Assembly: GCA_964653055.1 (NCBI GenBank)
Contig: CAZZCA010000008.1
Coordinates: 5,371-69,370, forward strand
Source: an uncultured Desulfobulbia bacterium
GTDB lineage: Bacteria > Desulfobacterota > Desulfobulbia > Desulfobulbales > SURF-16
Length of the DNA: 64,000 bases
Direction of reading: 5' to 3'
The translations under genes and the position numbers were made by a program. The first letter of the stretch is position 1. Every line of letters begins with the position of its first letter. Of this stretch, positions 48,859 through 58,445 are shown one piece after another. The notes beneath the pieces were generated by a model. The model was not told where the DNA came from, ran no database searches, and was given only the letters and a program-made list of their open reading frames with translations.

Positions 48859-48951
48859 GTATTGCTCTTCAAACTTGAACTAGGGAATTGCCCAGCTTCT
48901 TTCAGAAGATTTGTTTATGGGGCCGGGTAGGCGCTTGGTCTTTATGGGTAT

Positions 48952-49035
48952 TTATTTCTGGACCAGCCAGAGGCTTAGCTGGGGGCAGTAGGTGATAAGG
49001 GCCAGGGTCAGCAGGAGTAGGCCGAGGAAGGGCAG
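48952..49035 (-). repeat. Intact copy of the boundary repeat (3' end of dctM)
   Basis: 81% identical to 40629-40710, same orientation. Confidence 0.8.
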
Positions 49036-50235
49036 GGTGGCCCGGTAGAGTTTGATGATCGGTTGTTCAAAGCGGTAGCTGGCGAGAAAGAGGTTGAGGC
49101 CCACCGGTGGGGTGCAGTAGCCGATCTGAAGGTTGGTGAGGAAGATGATGCCGAGATGGATGAGATTGATGTCGTAGCTCTTGGCAATGGGGACAATCAG
49201 CGGCACTACCAGGACCAGGGCAGAGAAGATGTCAAGCATGGAACCAATAATCAGCAGAAACACATTTAAGAGCAGAAGGAAGGTGTATTTATTGTTGACA
49301 TATTGGTGGATAAACTCAAATATCCGGGTTGGGATCTCCATATCCACCAGGAAATTGGTGGAGGCCATGGAGGCACCCAGGATTATTAGGATCCCCCCGA
49401 ACAGCATCATTGAATGGACCATTAATCCGGGCAGACGCTGCCAGGAGATGTCTTTATAGATCACCACTTCCACAATCAGGGCGTAAAGAACGGTAACCGC
49501 TGCTGCTTCGCCCACCACGAAAAACCCCCCATAGATCCCCCCCAGGACAAGAAATGGCAGGGGTAGTTCCCAGGCAGCTTCTCTTAGTCCCTTTATAATT
49601 TCTGATTTATCTATGGGTTTATTTTCTTTGGGGGGGCTCTTTTTCATGCAGTAGATGCTGATGATGGTCAGCATCAGGAGGCCGGGGATGAGGCCGGCTA
49701 AAAAGAGCTGGTCGATTCGGGTCTCGGCAATTACTCCGAAGAGGATCAGGGGCAGGCTGGGTGGGAAAAGAAGGCCGATGCTGCCGGACGAGGTGATGAG
49801 TCCCAGGGAGAATTTTTCCGAATAATTATCCTTGAGCATGGCCGGCATGAGCAGGCCACCCATGGCAAAGATGGTTACCCCGGATGCACCGGTGAAGGCG
49901 GTGAAGATGGCACAGATTAGAAGGGCAACCATGGCAAGCCCCCCCGGCATCCAGCCCAGAAGCAGGCGGGAAAGATTGAGTAGCCTTTGGGGGGTATTGC
50001 TTTCCGAGAGGATGGATCCGGCAAAGATGAACAGGGGGAGAGCCAGCAGGAGTGGGGTGTCGGCCAGCCGGGACATTTCGATGATTACCACCGAAATGTC
50101 GATACCAGCCCCATAAAAAGAGATCAGGGCAATAGCGGCGATGACAATAAAGAGAGGGCAGCCGATGACGGCTAGCAGGATGGGGATGAATTTAAAAAGG
50201 ACCATGCTATTTTCCGCCCCTGGCAAGCCCGGCAA
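48952..50235 (-). CDS. dctM: TRAP transporter large permease
   Basis: LLALPLFIFAG, GSIGLLFPPS, TPPVGLNLF; about 12 TM segments. Confidence 0.94.
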   Translation of the reverse strand: MPGLPGAENSMVLFKFIPILLAVIGCPLFIVIAAIALISFYGAGIDISVVIIEMSRLADTPLLLALPLFIFAGSILSESNTPQRLLNLSRLLLGWMPGGLAMVALLICAIFTAFTGASGVTIFAMGGLLMPAMLKDNYSEKFSLGLITSSGSIGLLFPPSLPLILFGVIAETRIDQLFLAGLIPGLLMLTIISIYCMKKSPPKENKPIDKSEIIKGLREAAWELPLPFLVLGGIYGGFFVVGEAAAVTVLYALIVEVVIYKDISWQRLPGLMVHSMMLFGGILIILGASMASTNFLVDMEIPTRIFEFIHQYVNNKYTFLLLLNVFLLIIGSMLDIFSALVLVVPLIVPIAKSYDINLIHLGIIFLTNLQIGYCTPPVGLNLFLASYRFEQPIIKLYRATLPFLGLLLLTLALITYCPQLSLWLVQK

Positions 50236-50701
50236 TTATTTTAAGCAGGTCCCCTGTAAAATGGAGGGTGATCAGAGCAAAGCCCAGGGGGAAGATCAGG
50301 CTCCAGATCCAGGCCGGCATGAGCAGGCTGGTGCCGCCGTATGTCATTTCGGATGAGGTAAAGATAATTGCCGCTGCGGTTAAGGCTCCGGTCACCAGTA
50401 TGGAGCAGAGATTAATGACGAGTTCCAGCCAGGTTTGCACCTTGTTTGGTGCCAGGTAAGAGGCAATGTCAATGGCGATGTGTTTGCCTTCCCGGGTGGC
50501 CACCACTGCCCCCATCATCCCTACCCAGAGGACCAGTTGACGGATTAAGGGCTCACTCCAGAGAAAACCGGTCCCCATGGTGGTGCGCAGGATGATCTGG
50601 CTGCAGGCGATAATGATGATTGCTGTCAGCAGCAGGCAGAGCAGGCCGTCTTCCAGCAGCCTGAGCCAGCGGCTGCCTTTATCAAGAAACTGCAGGCTCA
50701 T
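50207..50701 (-). CDS. dctQ: TRAP transporter small permease
   Basis: Four TM segments; WSEPLIRQLVLWVGMMGA...REGKHIAID. Confidence 0.9.
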   Translation of the reverse strand: MSLQFLDKGSRWLRLLEDGLLCLLLTAIIIIACSQIILRTTMGTGFLWSEPLIRQLVLWVGMMGAVVATREGKHIAIDIASYLAPNKVQTWLELVINLCSILVTGALTAAAIIFTSSEMTYGGTSLLMPAWIWSLIFPLGFALITLHFTGDLLKIIAGLARGGK

Positions 50702-51690
50702 TTGCGATACTGATCAAGGATTTGCATGGTGCTTTGCAGAACTTCCCGGGAAAAGGCCTTGCCGGTGATCTGGCGAACGGTCTGGTCCCGCAGGTTGAGT
50801 AATTCCTCTTCTGTCCCAGGCTGAGGCTGGATCATCTGGACACCGTTTTGTTGCAGGACCTGGCGGGCCTCATGGTTACTTTTGCGGGTATCGGCCAGTA
50901 AAAGGCCGAAATGTTTCTCGGCTGCCTTTTTCATGATGGCCTGATAGGGTGCGGGCAGGCGGGAGAAGTGGCGATGATCGAGGAGGAAGGCTCCATAGGC
51001 ATAACCAAAGGGGATGTCGGCAATATAGCGGGCCTTGGTGAACCATTGCAGGACGATGGAGCCGTAAAAACTATTGAATACCGTTTCCACCATTCCGGTC
51101 TGCAACGAGGTAAGAACATCTGGGATGCCAAGAGGGGTGGGGGCTATGCCCAGGGTCTGCAGATAGGCAGAGCTGATCGGGTCCCCTTCCGGGGTCCAGC
51201 ACCTGCTTTTTTGCAGGTCGGACAAGGTGGTCATGGGGGTGGTTGACATGGTGTAGATAAAGCCGATTTCGGTAAGGGCCAGCAGCTGAAGGCCACGGTG
51301 GCTGAAGACCTGGTCGAAATGGGGCCGCAGACCATGGCGGACCTGATCCACCTCCTGGTATGAGCGAAAGAGAAAGGGGATGCCCATTACCCGGAAATCA
51401 GGGATGATCTCGCCGATACCGGTCATGGTGAAGCCGCCGCCATGGAGCTGACCAACCCGCATCTTGCGGAGCATGGCCTTGTCGTCTCCCATTATGCCGC
51501 CGGGGTAGATCTTAAAGCCGATTTCCCCGTTGCTTTTTTCTTGGACCTCCCGGGTAAAGTCGCGGAACCGTTTCACCCAGATACTGCCTTCCGGCGCTAT
51601 GGAGGCAATTTTGAAAAGATAACGAGGGCCGGCCAGGGCGGGTAGCGCCATACATAGGCTTAAGAGTAGGGTGATGATGGTTGTTTTCAT
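50698..51690 (-). CDS. dctP: TRAP substrate-binding protein (TatP(T)-type DctP)
   Basis: Signal peptide; KIASIAPEGSIW; YPGGIMGDD; LQTGMVE. Confidence 0.9.
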   Translation of the reverse strand: MKTTIITLLLSLCMALPALAGPRYLFKIASIAPEGSIWVKRFRDFTREVQEKSNGEIGFKIYPGGIMGDDKAMLRKMRVGQLHGGGFTMTGIGEIIPDFRVMGIPFLFRSYQEVDQVRHGLRPHFDQVFSHRGLQLLALTEIGFIYTMSTTPMTTLSDLQKSRCWTPEGDPISSAYLQTLGIAPTPLGIPDVLTSLQTGMVETVFNSFYGSIVLQWFTKARYIADIPFGYAYGAFLLDHRHFSRLPAPYQAIMKKAAEKHFGLLLADTRKSNHEARQVLQQNGVQMIQPQPGTEEELLNLRDQTVRQITGKAFSREVLQSTMQILDQYRK

Positions 51691-51691
51691 A

Positions 51692-52534
51692 TTAGAAGTA
51701 TAGCTCGATATCGGCCAGTAATTGTCTGGCCCGTTTTTTGGCAATTTGATTGGCCAGGGTCAGTTCCGGCCTGTCGGTCAGGGGGAAATAAATTACTTCC
51801 TGGAGCAGGGACTGATAAAGTTTACGGTTGAAGGTGGTGCGGGCGTAAGTTTCAGCATAGCTCACCTGGACCGGCAGAAATTGGCGTTTGCTCAGTTTCA
51901 AGGCTCGTTCAAAATGGTTGTGGCTGGCCTTGGGCCGACCCCCGAAAGTAGGTGGCCTGGAGCCGTAAATGGCCCCCAGGAGGAGATGGGCGCCGCCATA
52001 ATAATAGCCATCATCCAGTTCGATGACCTGTTTCATGATTTCTTCCACCTGGACGAGAGCTGCCATGGCCGCCGGGCTTCCTTGCTGGAAATTGATCCAG
52101 CTTGCCAGGCTGTAGCCTCCCCAGAAGAGATGATCGATTTCTCGGCATTGGGCCAGGCTCTGGCTGAATTCAGGGCCGGCATTTTGGGCATTGACTCCGC
52201 ACCTGGTCAGTAGGTTCTGGCCGTAGTCTCTTGCCCGAAAGCTCATTTCCTCTGCCCGCTCCTTGCGCTCGCAGGCGGCAAGGGCGGTGCTATAGGCAGT
52301 ATAGGCCTTGGTTGCCTGGATCAATAATTCAGCATTATCCGGGTTATTGGCGGTCATGCTGTCTATTATCAGGAGAAAGGCCGGGGCACCATCGCATACC
52401 AGATCAAGATCAGACTGGTATTGAAGGCCGGTTATTGCCGGAGGGATCACTGAGTTATAGACCATGCTGGCGCAACCGGTCAGCAGGACGGTCAGCACGG
52501 TGATGATAATATTCTGCCGGAAATGACGACTCAT
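51692..52534 (-). CDS. tatT: TRAP-associated TPR lipoprotein (TatT)
   Basis: Lipobox LLTGC; YYYGGAHLLLGAIYGSRPPTFGG; HFERAL; NQIAKKRA; first gene of the dctPQM operon. Confidence 0.8.
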   Translation of the reverse strand: MSRHFRQNIIITVLTVLLTGCASMVYNSVIPPAITGLQYQSDLDLVCDGAPAFLLIIDSMTANNPDNAELLIQATKAYTAYSTALAACERKERAEEMSFRARDYGQNLLTRCGVNAQNAGPEFSQSLAQCREIDHLFWGGYSLASWINFQQGSPAAMAALVQVEEIMKQVIELDDGYYYGGAHLLLGAIYGSRPPTFGGRPKASHNHFERALKLSKRQFLPVQVSYAETYARTTFNRKLYQSLLQEVIYFPLTDRPELTLANQIAKKRARQLLADIELYF

Positions 52535-52591
52535 AATTAATCAATATATATGGCTGCTGGTCGCTGTCAAGGTTTCGCTTTATCTATCATT

Positions 52592-52621
52592 TTGACATGT
52601 TGCCGTGTGCCGTGCTATATT
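52592..52621 (+). promoter_or_regulatory. Sigma70-like promoter for hemL (a back-to-back TTGACA on the minus strand near 52565-52570 may serve tatT)
   Basis: TTGACA-18 nt-TATATT. Confidence 0.5.
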
Positions 52622-52745
52622 GGTTTGCGTTTTTAAATAAACTTTAATTCATTGCAGGTGTACATGAACACTTATCTGCGTTGGTTTTGCTAATTAGGTA
52701 ATACGAGTTTTTTTTAATTAAAGATGGAATATGAGGAGCTATCTA

Positions 52746-54035
52746 ATGAAGACTGATCTTTCCAAATCATTGTTTGCAACGGCCCAGACCCTTATCCCCG
52801 GTGGGGTTAACAGCCCTGTTCGGGCCTGTAAATCAGTTGGCTGTGATCCGCGGTTTATCAAGCGGGCGGATGGTTCTAAAATTTATGACGTGGACGGCAA
52901 TGAGTATATTGATTTTGTCTGTTCATGGGGGCCCATGATTCTGGGTCATAATCATCCGGCAGTGGCCGAGGCCATTACCCGTGCCATGGCAGATGGTACC
53001 AGTTTTGGAGCCACCGCCGAGCTGGAGATTAAGCTGGCTCAGCAGGTGGTGGATGCAGTTCCGTCGGTTGATATGGTTCGTTTTGTCAGCTCCGGCACAG
53101 AGGCCACCATGAGTGCGGTCCGGCTGGCCCGGGGTTATACCGGCAAAAATGTCATTGTCAAGTTTAATGGCTGTTATCATGGCCATGCCGATTCATTTCT
53201 GGTTCAGGCCGGCTCCGGGGTAATTACCCTGGGGATTCCGGGCAGCCCCGGGGTGCCGGAAGACATTGTGAAAAATACCGTGTCCATTCCTTATAATAAT
53301 GAGGAGATCCTGGAAAAAACCCTGCGGGACGCGGATCTGGATATTGCCTGTATAATCCTTGAGCCCATTGCCGGCAATATGGGTGTGGTGGCACCGGCCC
53401 CGGGTTTTCTGCAGAAGGTGCGGGAACTTACCAGTGAGCTGGGAATTGTTCTGATCTTTGATGAGGTTATTACCGGTTTCAGGGCCAGTTATGGTGGGGC
53501 CCAGGAAAAATTTGGGATTATGCCGGACCTTACCTGTCTCGGTAAGATTATCGGCGGTGGCTTGCCGGTTGGTGCCTATGGCGGCAAGAAAGAGATCATG
53601 GAGCAGATTGCTCCCACCGGCCCGGTTTACCAGGCTGGAACATTGTCTGGTAACCCTCTGGCCATGGCTGCCGGGTCTGCAATGCTGGAGGCTCTGAGTG
53701 AGCCTGGCCTTTACGACCGTATTGATGCCAAGGCTGAGGCCTTTGCCCGCGAGCTGGACGGGCTGGCGGCTAAATACCTGGATGTCCATACCTTAAATCG
53801 TCAGGGTTCTGTAATGACCCTGTTCTTTGCCGAGGGTCCGGTGGTTGACTTTGATTCAGCGATGAAGGCAGATACCGATAAATATGGTCGTTACTACCGG
53901 GAGATGCTGGAAAGTGGCATTTATCTGGCGCCCTCCCAGTTTGAGGGGATGTTTATCTCAGACGCCCATACTGACGCCGATTTGAGTAGGACATTAGAAA
54001 TGACTGAACGGTCATTCAAAAAATTGCAGGATTGA
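52746..54035 (+). CDS. hemL: Glutamate-1-semialdehyde 2,1-aminomutase
   Basis: [56 protein letters not shown]. Confidence 0.97.
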   Translation: MKTDLSKSLFATAQTLIPGGVNSPVRACKSVGCDPRFIKRADGSKIYDVDGNEYIDFVCSWGPMILGHNHPAVAEAITRAMADGTSFGATAELEIKLAQQVVDAVPSVDMVRFVSSGTEATMSAVRLARGYTGKNVIVKFNGCYHGHADSFLVQAGSGVITLGIPGSPGVPEDIVKNTVSIPYNNEEILEKTLRDADLDIACIILEPIAGNMGVVAPAPGFLQKVRELTSELGIVLIFDEVITGFRASYGGAQEKFGIMPDLTCLGKIIGGGLPVGAYGGKKEIMEQIAPTGPVYQAGTLSGNPLAMAAGSAMLEALSEPGLYDRIDAKAEAFARELDGLAAKYLDVHTLNRQGSVMTLFFAEGPVVDFDSAMKADTDKYGRYYREMLESGIYLAPSQFEGMFISDAHTDADLSRTLEMTERSFKKLQD

Positions 54036-54102
54036 GTTCAATTTGATTGACTTTGGCCTGATTGTATGATATTTGCTTTCGAAGATTAACAGAGGTGGGA
54101 TA

Positions 54103-54327
54103 ATGGCTGGTGGCAGTAAAGAGCTGATGAAACTCATATCAGTGTTCGGTACCATTGGCATAACCATGGCAGCTTCTGTGTTCGTTGGTCTTGGTATCGG
54201 TTATTATATTGACCATGAATTATTTGATGAAAAAACGAGTCCATGGTTTACCCTGATTTTTCTGGGGTTTGGCATTGTGGCCGGTTTTAAGAATCTCTGG
54301 CAGATGTCGAGGCGTAAGGATTTATAA
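54103..54327 (+). CDS. atpZ: AtpZ/AtpI-family protein (ATPase gene 1)
   Basis: Two TM segments; GLGIGYYID...PWFTLIFLGFGIVAGF; first gene of the atp operon. Confidence 0.85.
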   Translation: MAGGSKELMKLISVFGTIGITMAASVFVGLGIGYYIDHELFDEKTSPWFTLIFLGFGIVAGFKNLWQMSRRKDL

Positions 54328-54752
54328 TGAAGAGTATTGATCAAGATAAGCTTGCGGATTTTCCTCTTCGCAGGGTTGAGATACTCAATTGGGTACTTGC
54401 TGCCCTTTTGACTTTGATCGCTGCTTTCACTACGCCATATTTTATTGCTAAGAGCGTGTTTATTGGCGGATTGTTGGCCAATATCAGTTACCTCTTCCTG
54501 AAGAGAGACCTGAAGAATTTTCTTCAGGGAAAGCTGCTGTTAAGCGGCCAGGAGAGGATGGCTAAGGTCCAGTTTTATTTTAAGTATTATGTCAGGCTGG
54601 GAGTGCTGGCGATAATACTTTATATTCTGGTACGCAGGGGCGTTGCTCATCCCCTGGGCCTGCTGGTAGGTCTGTCGGTAATAGTTTTAAGTATAACCAT
54701 AACGGTAACAACAGTTATCAAAAGGTTCTTTTTTACTGCCGAAGAGGCATAG
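54327..54752 (+). CDS. atpI: ATP synthase subunit I
   Basis: Four TM segments, GGLLANISY, between atpZ and atpB. Confidence 0.82.
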   Translation: MKSIDQDKLADFPLRRVEILNWVLAALLTLIAAFTTPYFIAKSVFIGGLLANISYLFLKRDLKNFLQGKLLLSGQERMAKVQFYFKYYVRLGVLAIILYILVRRGVAHPLGLLVGLSVIVLSITITVTTVIKRFFFTAEEA

Positions 54753-54762
54753 GAGTTAGATT

Positions 54763-55485
54763 ATGGAACATCCGATATTATTTATTTCAGTCATCCTGGA
54801 AAAACTTGGACTGCCCATTCCTCATGGTTTGGTTGGTGAAACTCTGCTTGAGAAGCTGGTTTCTCCCCATATGACTTATACCTGGCTGGTCATGGCTATT
54901 CTGATCATCGCTCCGAAAATTACCATGGGCAAAATGGAGCTGGTACCCGGTTCCGGTCAGAACTTCTGGGAAGCTTGTGTCGGCGGCCTTGAAGACTTCA
55001 TGGCTGAGCATATGGGTGCTGAGCGGGCGGCGGCCATGTTCCCCATGATCGCTACCTTTGCCTTTTATATCCTGGTTGCCAACATGATGGGTCTTGTGCC
55101 AGGGTTCATGTCTCCGACCTCCAACCTGAATATCACCCTGGGAATGACTCTTATTGTCTGGGTTGTTCATCATTTCCTCGGTCTTAAGCATCATGGCTTC
55201 AAATATGTCAAACACTTCATGGGTCCCATGTGGTGGCTGGTACCTTTGATGCTGCCCATCGAGATTATCAGTAATATTGCTCGTATCCTTTCCCTGTCCA
55301 TCCGGCTTTTCGGTAATATCATGGCCAAGGAAACCCTGCTGGCTATTCTCTTCATGCTGGTTGGCTGTTATTTCGGACCGCTGCCGATTCTCTGTCTCGG
55401 TGTTCTGGTATCTGTTGTTCAGACCATGGTATTTGTTCTGCTGTCCGTACTGTATTGTGCCGGTGCCATGGAAGATGCCCATTAA
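54763..55485 (+). CDS. atpB: F0 ATP synthase subunit a
   Basis: NMMGLVPG, PTSNLN, SLSIRLFGNI, QTMVFVLL. Confidence 0.96.
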   Translation: MEHPILFISVILEKLGLPIPHGLVGETLLEKLVSPHMTYTWLVMAILIIAPKITMGKMELVPGSGQNFWEACVGGLEDFMAEHMGAERAAAMFPMIATFAFYILVANMMGLVPGFMSPTSNLNITLGMTLIVWVVHHFLGLKHHGFKYVKHFMGPMWWLVPLMLPIEIISNIARILSLSIRLFGNIMAKETLLAILFMLVGCYFGPLPILCLGVLVSVVQTMVFVLLSVLYCAGAMEDAH

Positions 55486-55494
55486 GCAAATTAA

Positions 55495-55914
<420 letters not shown>

Positions 55915-55955
55915 GATTAGCATCTTCCGGCAATATGTCGGAAAACAGGATTGAG

Positions 55956-55985
55956 AAAAAGGTCGCATTTATGCGGCCTTTTTTT
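55956..55985 (+). terminator. Rho-independent terminator after atpE
   Basis: AAAAAGGTCGCAT-tt-ATGCGGCCTTTTTTT. Confidence 0.85.
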
Positions 55986-55998
55986 ATTGGTTAATAAT

Positions 55999-56724
55999 AT
56001 GACAGATGTGGTTATTGAGCCGGGTCGGCAACGGGGTGAACCTGAGATTGCCGGGCCATGCCTTTTTTTTATTAACCCCCATGAATCAAGCAAGGCATCT
56101 AAAGAAGCTGTTGCCAGGGGTGCAATCAGGCATAATCTCTTTCATAGCTCGCTTTATGAGTTAGATGATGGCAGCGGTCAGGTATGGGCTGGCCCAGCAA
56201 TTGGTGCGCCCATGGCAGTGATGACCCTGGAGAAGCTTATTGCCCTTGGAGTGGATACCTGCATTGTGGTGGGCTGGTGTGGTTCCCTGCAGGCGGAGTT
56301 ACCCATTGGCACAGTATTGGTTCCTGATCAGGTAATCAGCGGTGAGGGTACTTCCGCATATTATGCCGGTCCTGATAATGATCTGCCGGCAGCTGATCTT
56401 TCCAAAGACCTTTTTTCTTATCTCGAGGCAGCTGATTTTGCTGTGCAGCGTGGGCCGGTGTGGAGTACCGATGCTCCATATCGTGAGCATTGGTCGAAGA
56501 TGGCTGATCTGCGTGGGCAAGGTGTGGCGGCCGTTGATATGGAATTTTCTGCTCTTACGGCAGCGGCGTCGTTTCGGGGAATAAGCCTTGCCGGTGCTTT
56601 GCTGGTTTCGGATGAAATTGGCGATCATGTCTGGACCCCTGGTTTCCGCCATAAATTATTTAGGCGCCAGAGCAGGCAGCTCTTTGAGTGCCTGGGTGAT
56701 TTCTTCGGTGCTAAATCCAGCTGA
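55999..56724 (+). CDS. Nucleoside phosphorylase (PNP/UDP family)
   Basis: GPAIGAPMA, VGWCGSL, VWSTDAPYRE, AVDMEFSAL, LVSD. Confidence 0.88.
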   Translation: MTDVVIEPGRQRGEPEIAGPCLFFINPHESSKASKEAVARGAIRHNLFHSSLYELDDGSGQVWAGPAIGAPMAVMTLEKLIALGVDTCIVVGWCGSLQAELPIGTVLVPDQVISGEGTSAYYAGPDNDLPAADLSKDLFSYLEAADFAVQRGPVWSTDAPYREHWSKMADLRGQGVAAVDMEFSALTAAASFRGISLAGALLVSDEIGDHVWTPGFRHKLFRRQSRQLFECLGDFFGAKSS

Positions 56725-56738
56725 TTAAGGTGTTAGTT

Positions 56739-58070
56739 ATGAATGTTCATATTGTCAGCCTGGGCTGTCCGAAGAACCTGGTGGACAGTGAAGTGATGAT
56801 GGCCAAGCTTGTTGCTTGCGGCTACCAGGTCTGTGACGATCCCGCCAGTGCCGATCTTATTCTGATTAATACCTGTGGCTTCATTCAGTCGGCAGTGGAG
56901 GAGGCAATTGACGAGATCCTGGACCTCAGCCGGATAAAGGATGAGAGATCTGAGGTAATCTTAGCAGTTACCGGTTGCCTGGTTCAGCGTTATGGTGATT
57001 CACTGATTCAGGAGTTGCCGGAGGTTGATCTCTTTATCGGAACCGAGGGTTTTGACCGGATTGTTGAGCTGGTTGCTGAAGTGCGTCACAAAAAGAAGAC
57101 CATCTTGGTTCATGAGGCGCCCCGGTCAATTATGAACCATCAAATGACCAGGCAACTATCCACTCCTTCCCATCGGGCTTATCTCAAGATCAGTGAGGGT
57201 TGCTCCAATCGCTGTACCTATTGCATGATTCCTTCTATCAGGGGCCCACTGCGCAGCCGAACCATTGATGATGTGGTGGCAGAGGCGGTTTTCCTGTCAG
57301 CTGGCGGAGTTCGGGAGATTACCCTGGTGGGCCAGGATCTTACTGCCTATGGTCAGGATCTGGATGATCCGACTTCCGGTCTTGAGAATCTATTGACGTC
57401 TCTTCTTGCCAGAAGCAATGTGGACTGGCTCCGGCTGCTTTATCTCTACCCCAACCTGGTGAGCGATGAGCTTTTGCAGATGATGGCAGCTGAACCGCGC
57501 CTGCTTTCTTATCTGGATATTCCCATTCAGCATGTCAGTGACCAAGTGCTGAAGAGAATGGGCAGGCCCTTTGATTCTCGTCTTCTGCACAGTCTTTTTG
57601 AAAGAATCCATTCCCTGGTGCCGGAAGCTGCGGTTCGAACCACCATTATGGTCGGTTTTCCCGGTGAGACTGATGAGGATATCGATAAGGTGGCTGAGTT
57701 TTTACGAACCTGGCGCCTGAACCATGTGGGTATCTTTGCCTATTCCAATGAGGAAGGGTGCTCTGCCTATAATTATAAGAACCAATGCCCGGAAGAGGTC
57801 AAGCAGGAGCGTTTTCGCTACCTGATGGAGCTGCAGGCTGAAATTTCCCTGGCCTTAAATCAGGAGCGGGTGGGTCGGGAATTACCGGTCTTGGTGGAAG
57901 GGATCAGTGAGGAAACCGAGCTGCTTCTTGAAGGGCGGACCATGATGCAGGCCCCGGATATTGATGGCTGTGTTTATATTGCCGAGGGTAATTGTCGGGC
58001 TGGTGAAATTGTCAGGGTAAGGATTAACGAGGCCCACCCTTATGATCTGGTGGGTGGGATTGTTGATTAG
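56739..58070 (+). CDS. rimO: Ribosomal protein S12 methylthiotransferase
   Basis: SLGCPKNLVDSE, NTCGFI, EGCSNRCTYC, RLLYLYP, QAPDIDG TRAM domain. Confidence 0.96.
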   Translation: MNVHIVSLGCPKNLVDSEVMMAKLVACGYQVCDDPASADLILINTCGFIQSAVEEAIDEILDLSRIKDERSEVILAVTGCLVQRYGDSLIQELPEVDLFIGTEGFDRIVELVAEVRHKKKTILVHEAPRSIMNHQMTRQLSTPSHRAYLKISEGCSNRCTYCMIPSIRGPLRSRTIDDVVAEAVFLSAGGVREITLVGQDLTAYGQDLDDPTSGLENLLTSLLARSNVDWLRLLYLYPNLVSDELLQMMAAEPRLLSYLDIPIQHVSDQVLKRMGRPFDSRLLHSLFERIHSLVPEAAVRTTIMVGFPGETDEDIDKVAEFLRTWRLNHVGIFAYSNEEGCSAYNYKNQCPEEVKQERFRYLMELQAEISLALNQERVGRELPVLVEGISEETELLLEGRTMMQAPDIDGCVYIAEGNCRAGEIVRVRINEAHPYDLVGGIVD

Positions 58071-58342
58071 TTGTTTATCTTTTCCCGCAGGTTTTTGCCT
58101 ACCTTGAAAAAAGGCAGTTTCTTGGGGGAAACCTTGAGAACCTCTCCGGTTTTGGGGTTTCTGCCCTGATAACTTTTGTATTTCTTAACGATAAAACTGC
58201 CAAAACCCCTGATTTCAATGCCGTCACCCTTGGCCAGGGAATCAGTCATGGTTTCCAGAATAGTATGGACGATGGCGCTGGCTTCTTTAACCGAAAGTTT
58301 GGTCTGCTGGGCGACAGCTTCAATGAGATCTGATTTGTTCAT
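58067..58342 (-). CDS. ihfB: Integration host factor beta / HU-family DNA-binding protein
   Basis: MNKSDLI, IEIRGFGSF, GRNPKTGE, PFFKVGK. Confidence 0.85.
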   Translation of the reverse strand: MNKSDLIEAVAQQTKLSVKEASAIVHTILETMTDSLAKGDGIEIRGFGSFIVKKYKSYQGRNPKTGEVLKVSPKKLPFFKVGKNLREKINN

Positions 58343-58445
58343 TTTCTCTCCTGAGCATTGATGTTTGTCAGGTGGCAAGGGGAATCATAACCGCCATTAA
58401 ATTATCATAAACGGATAACTGTTGGAATGTAAAGGGTTTTTTAGT

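Larger units (their letters stand above)
40629..49035. mobile_element. Putative genomic island (about 8.2 kb cargo) flanked by degenerate direct repeats of the dctM 3' end; no integrase seen
   Basis: Boundary repeat; next to a tRNA; spot GC counts of 40% and 45% in two 60-nt lines inside versus 57% and 62% in mnmG and argH lines; accessory cargo. Confidence 0.55.

Noticed and set aside
40711-48951. Selenocysteine (in-frame TGA) in island genes or TlpA
   Set aside because: The island ORFs run uninterrupted and end in TAA/TAG; the TlpA TGA follows a complete domain. No recoding is needed.
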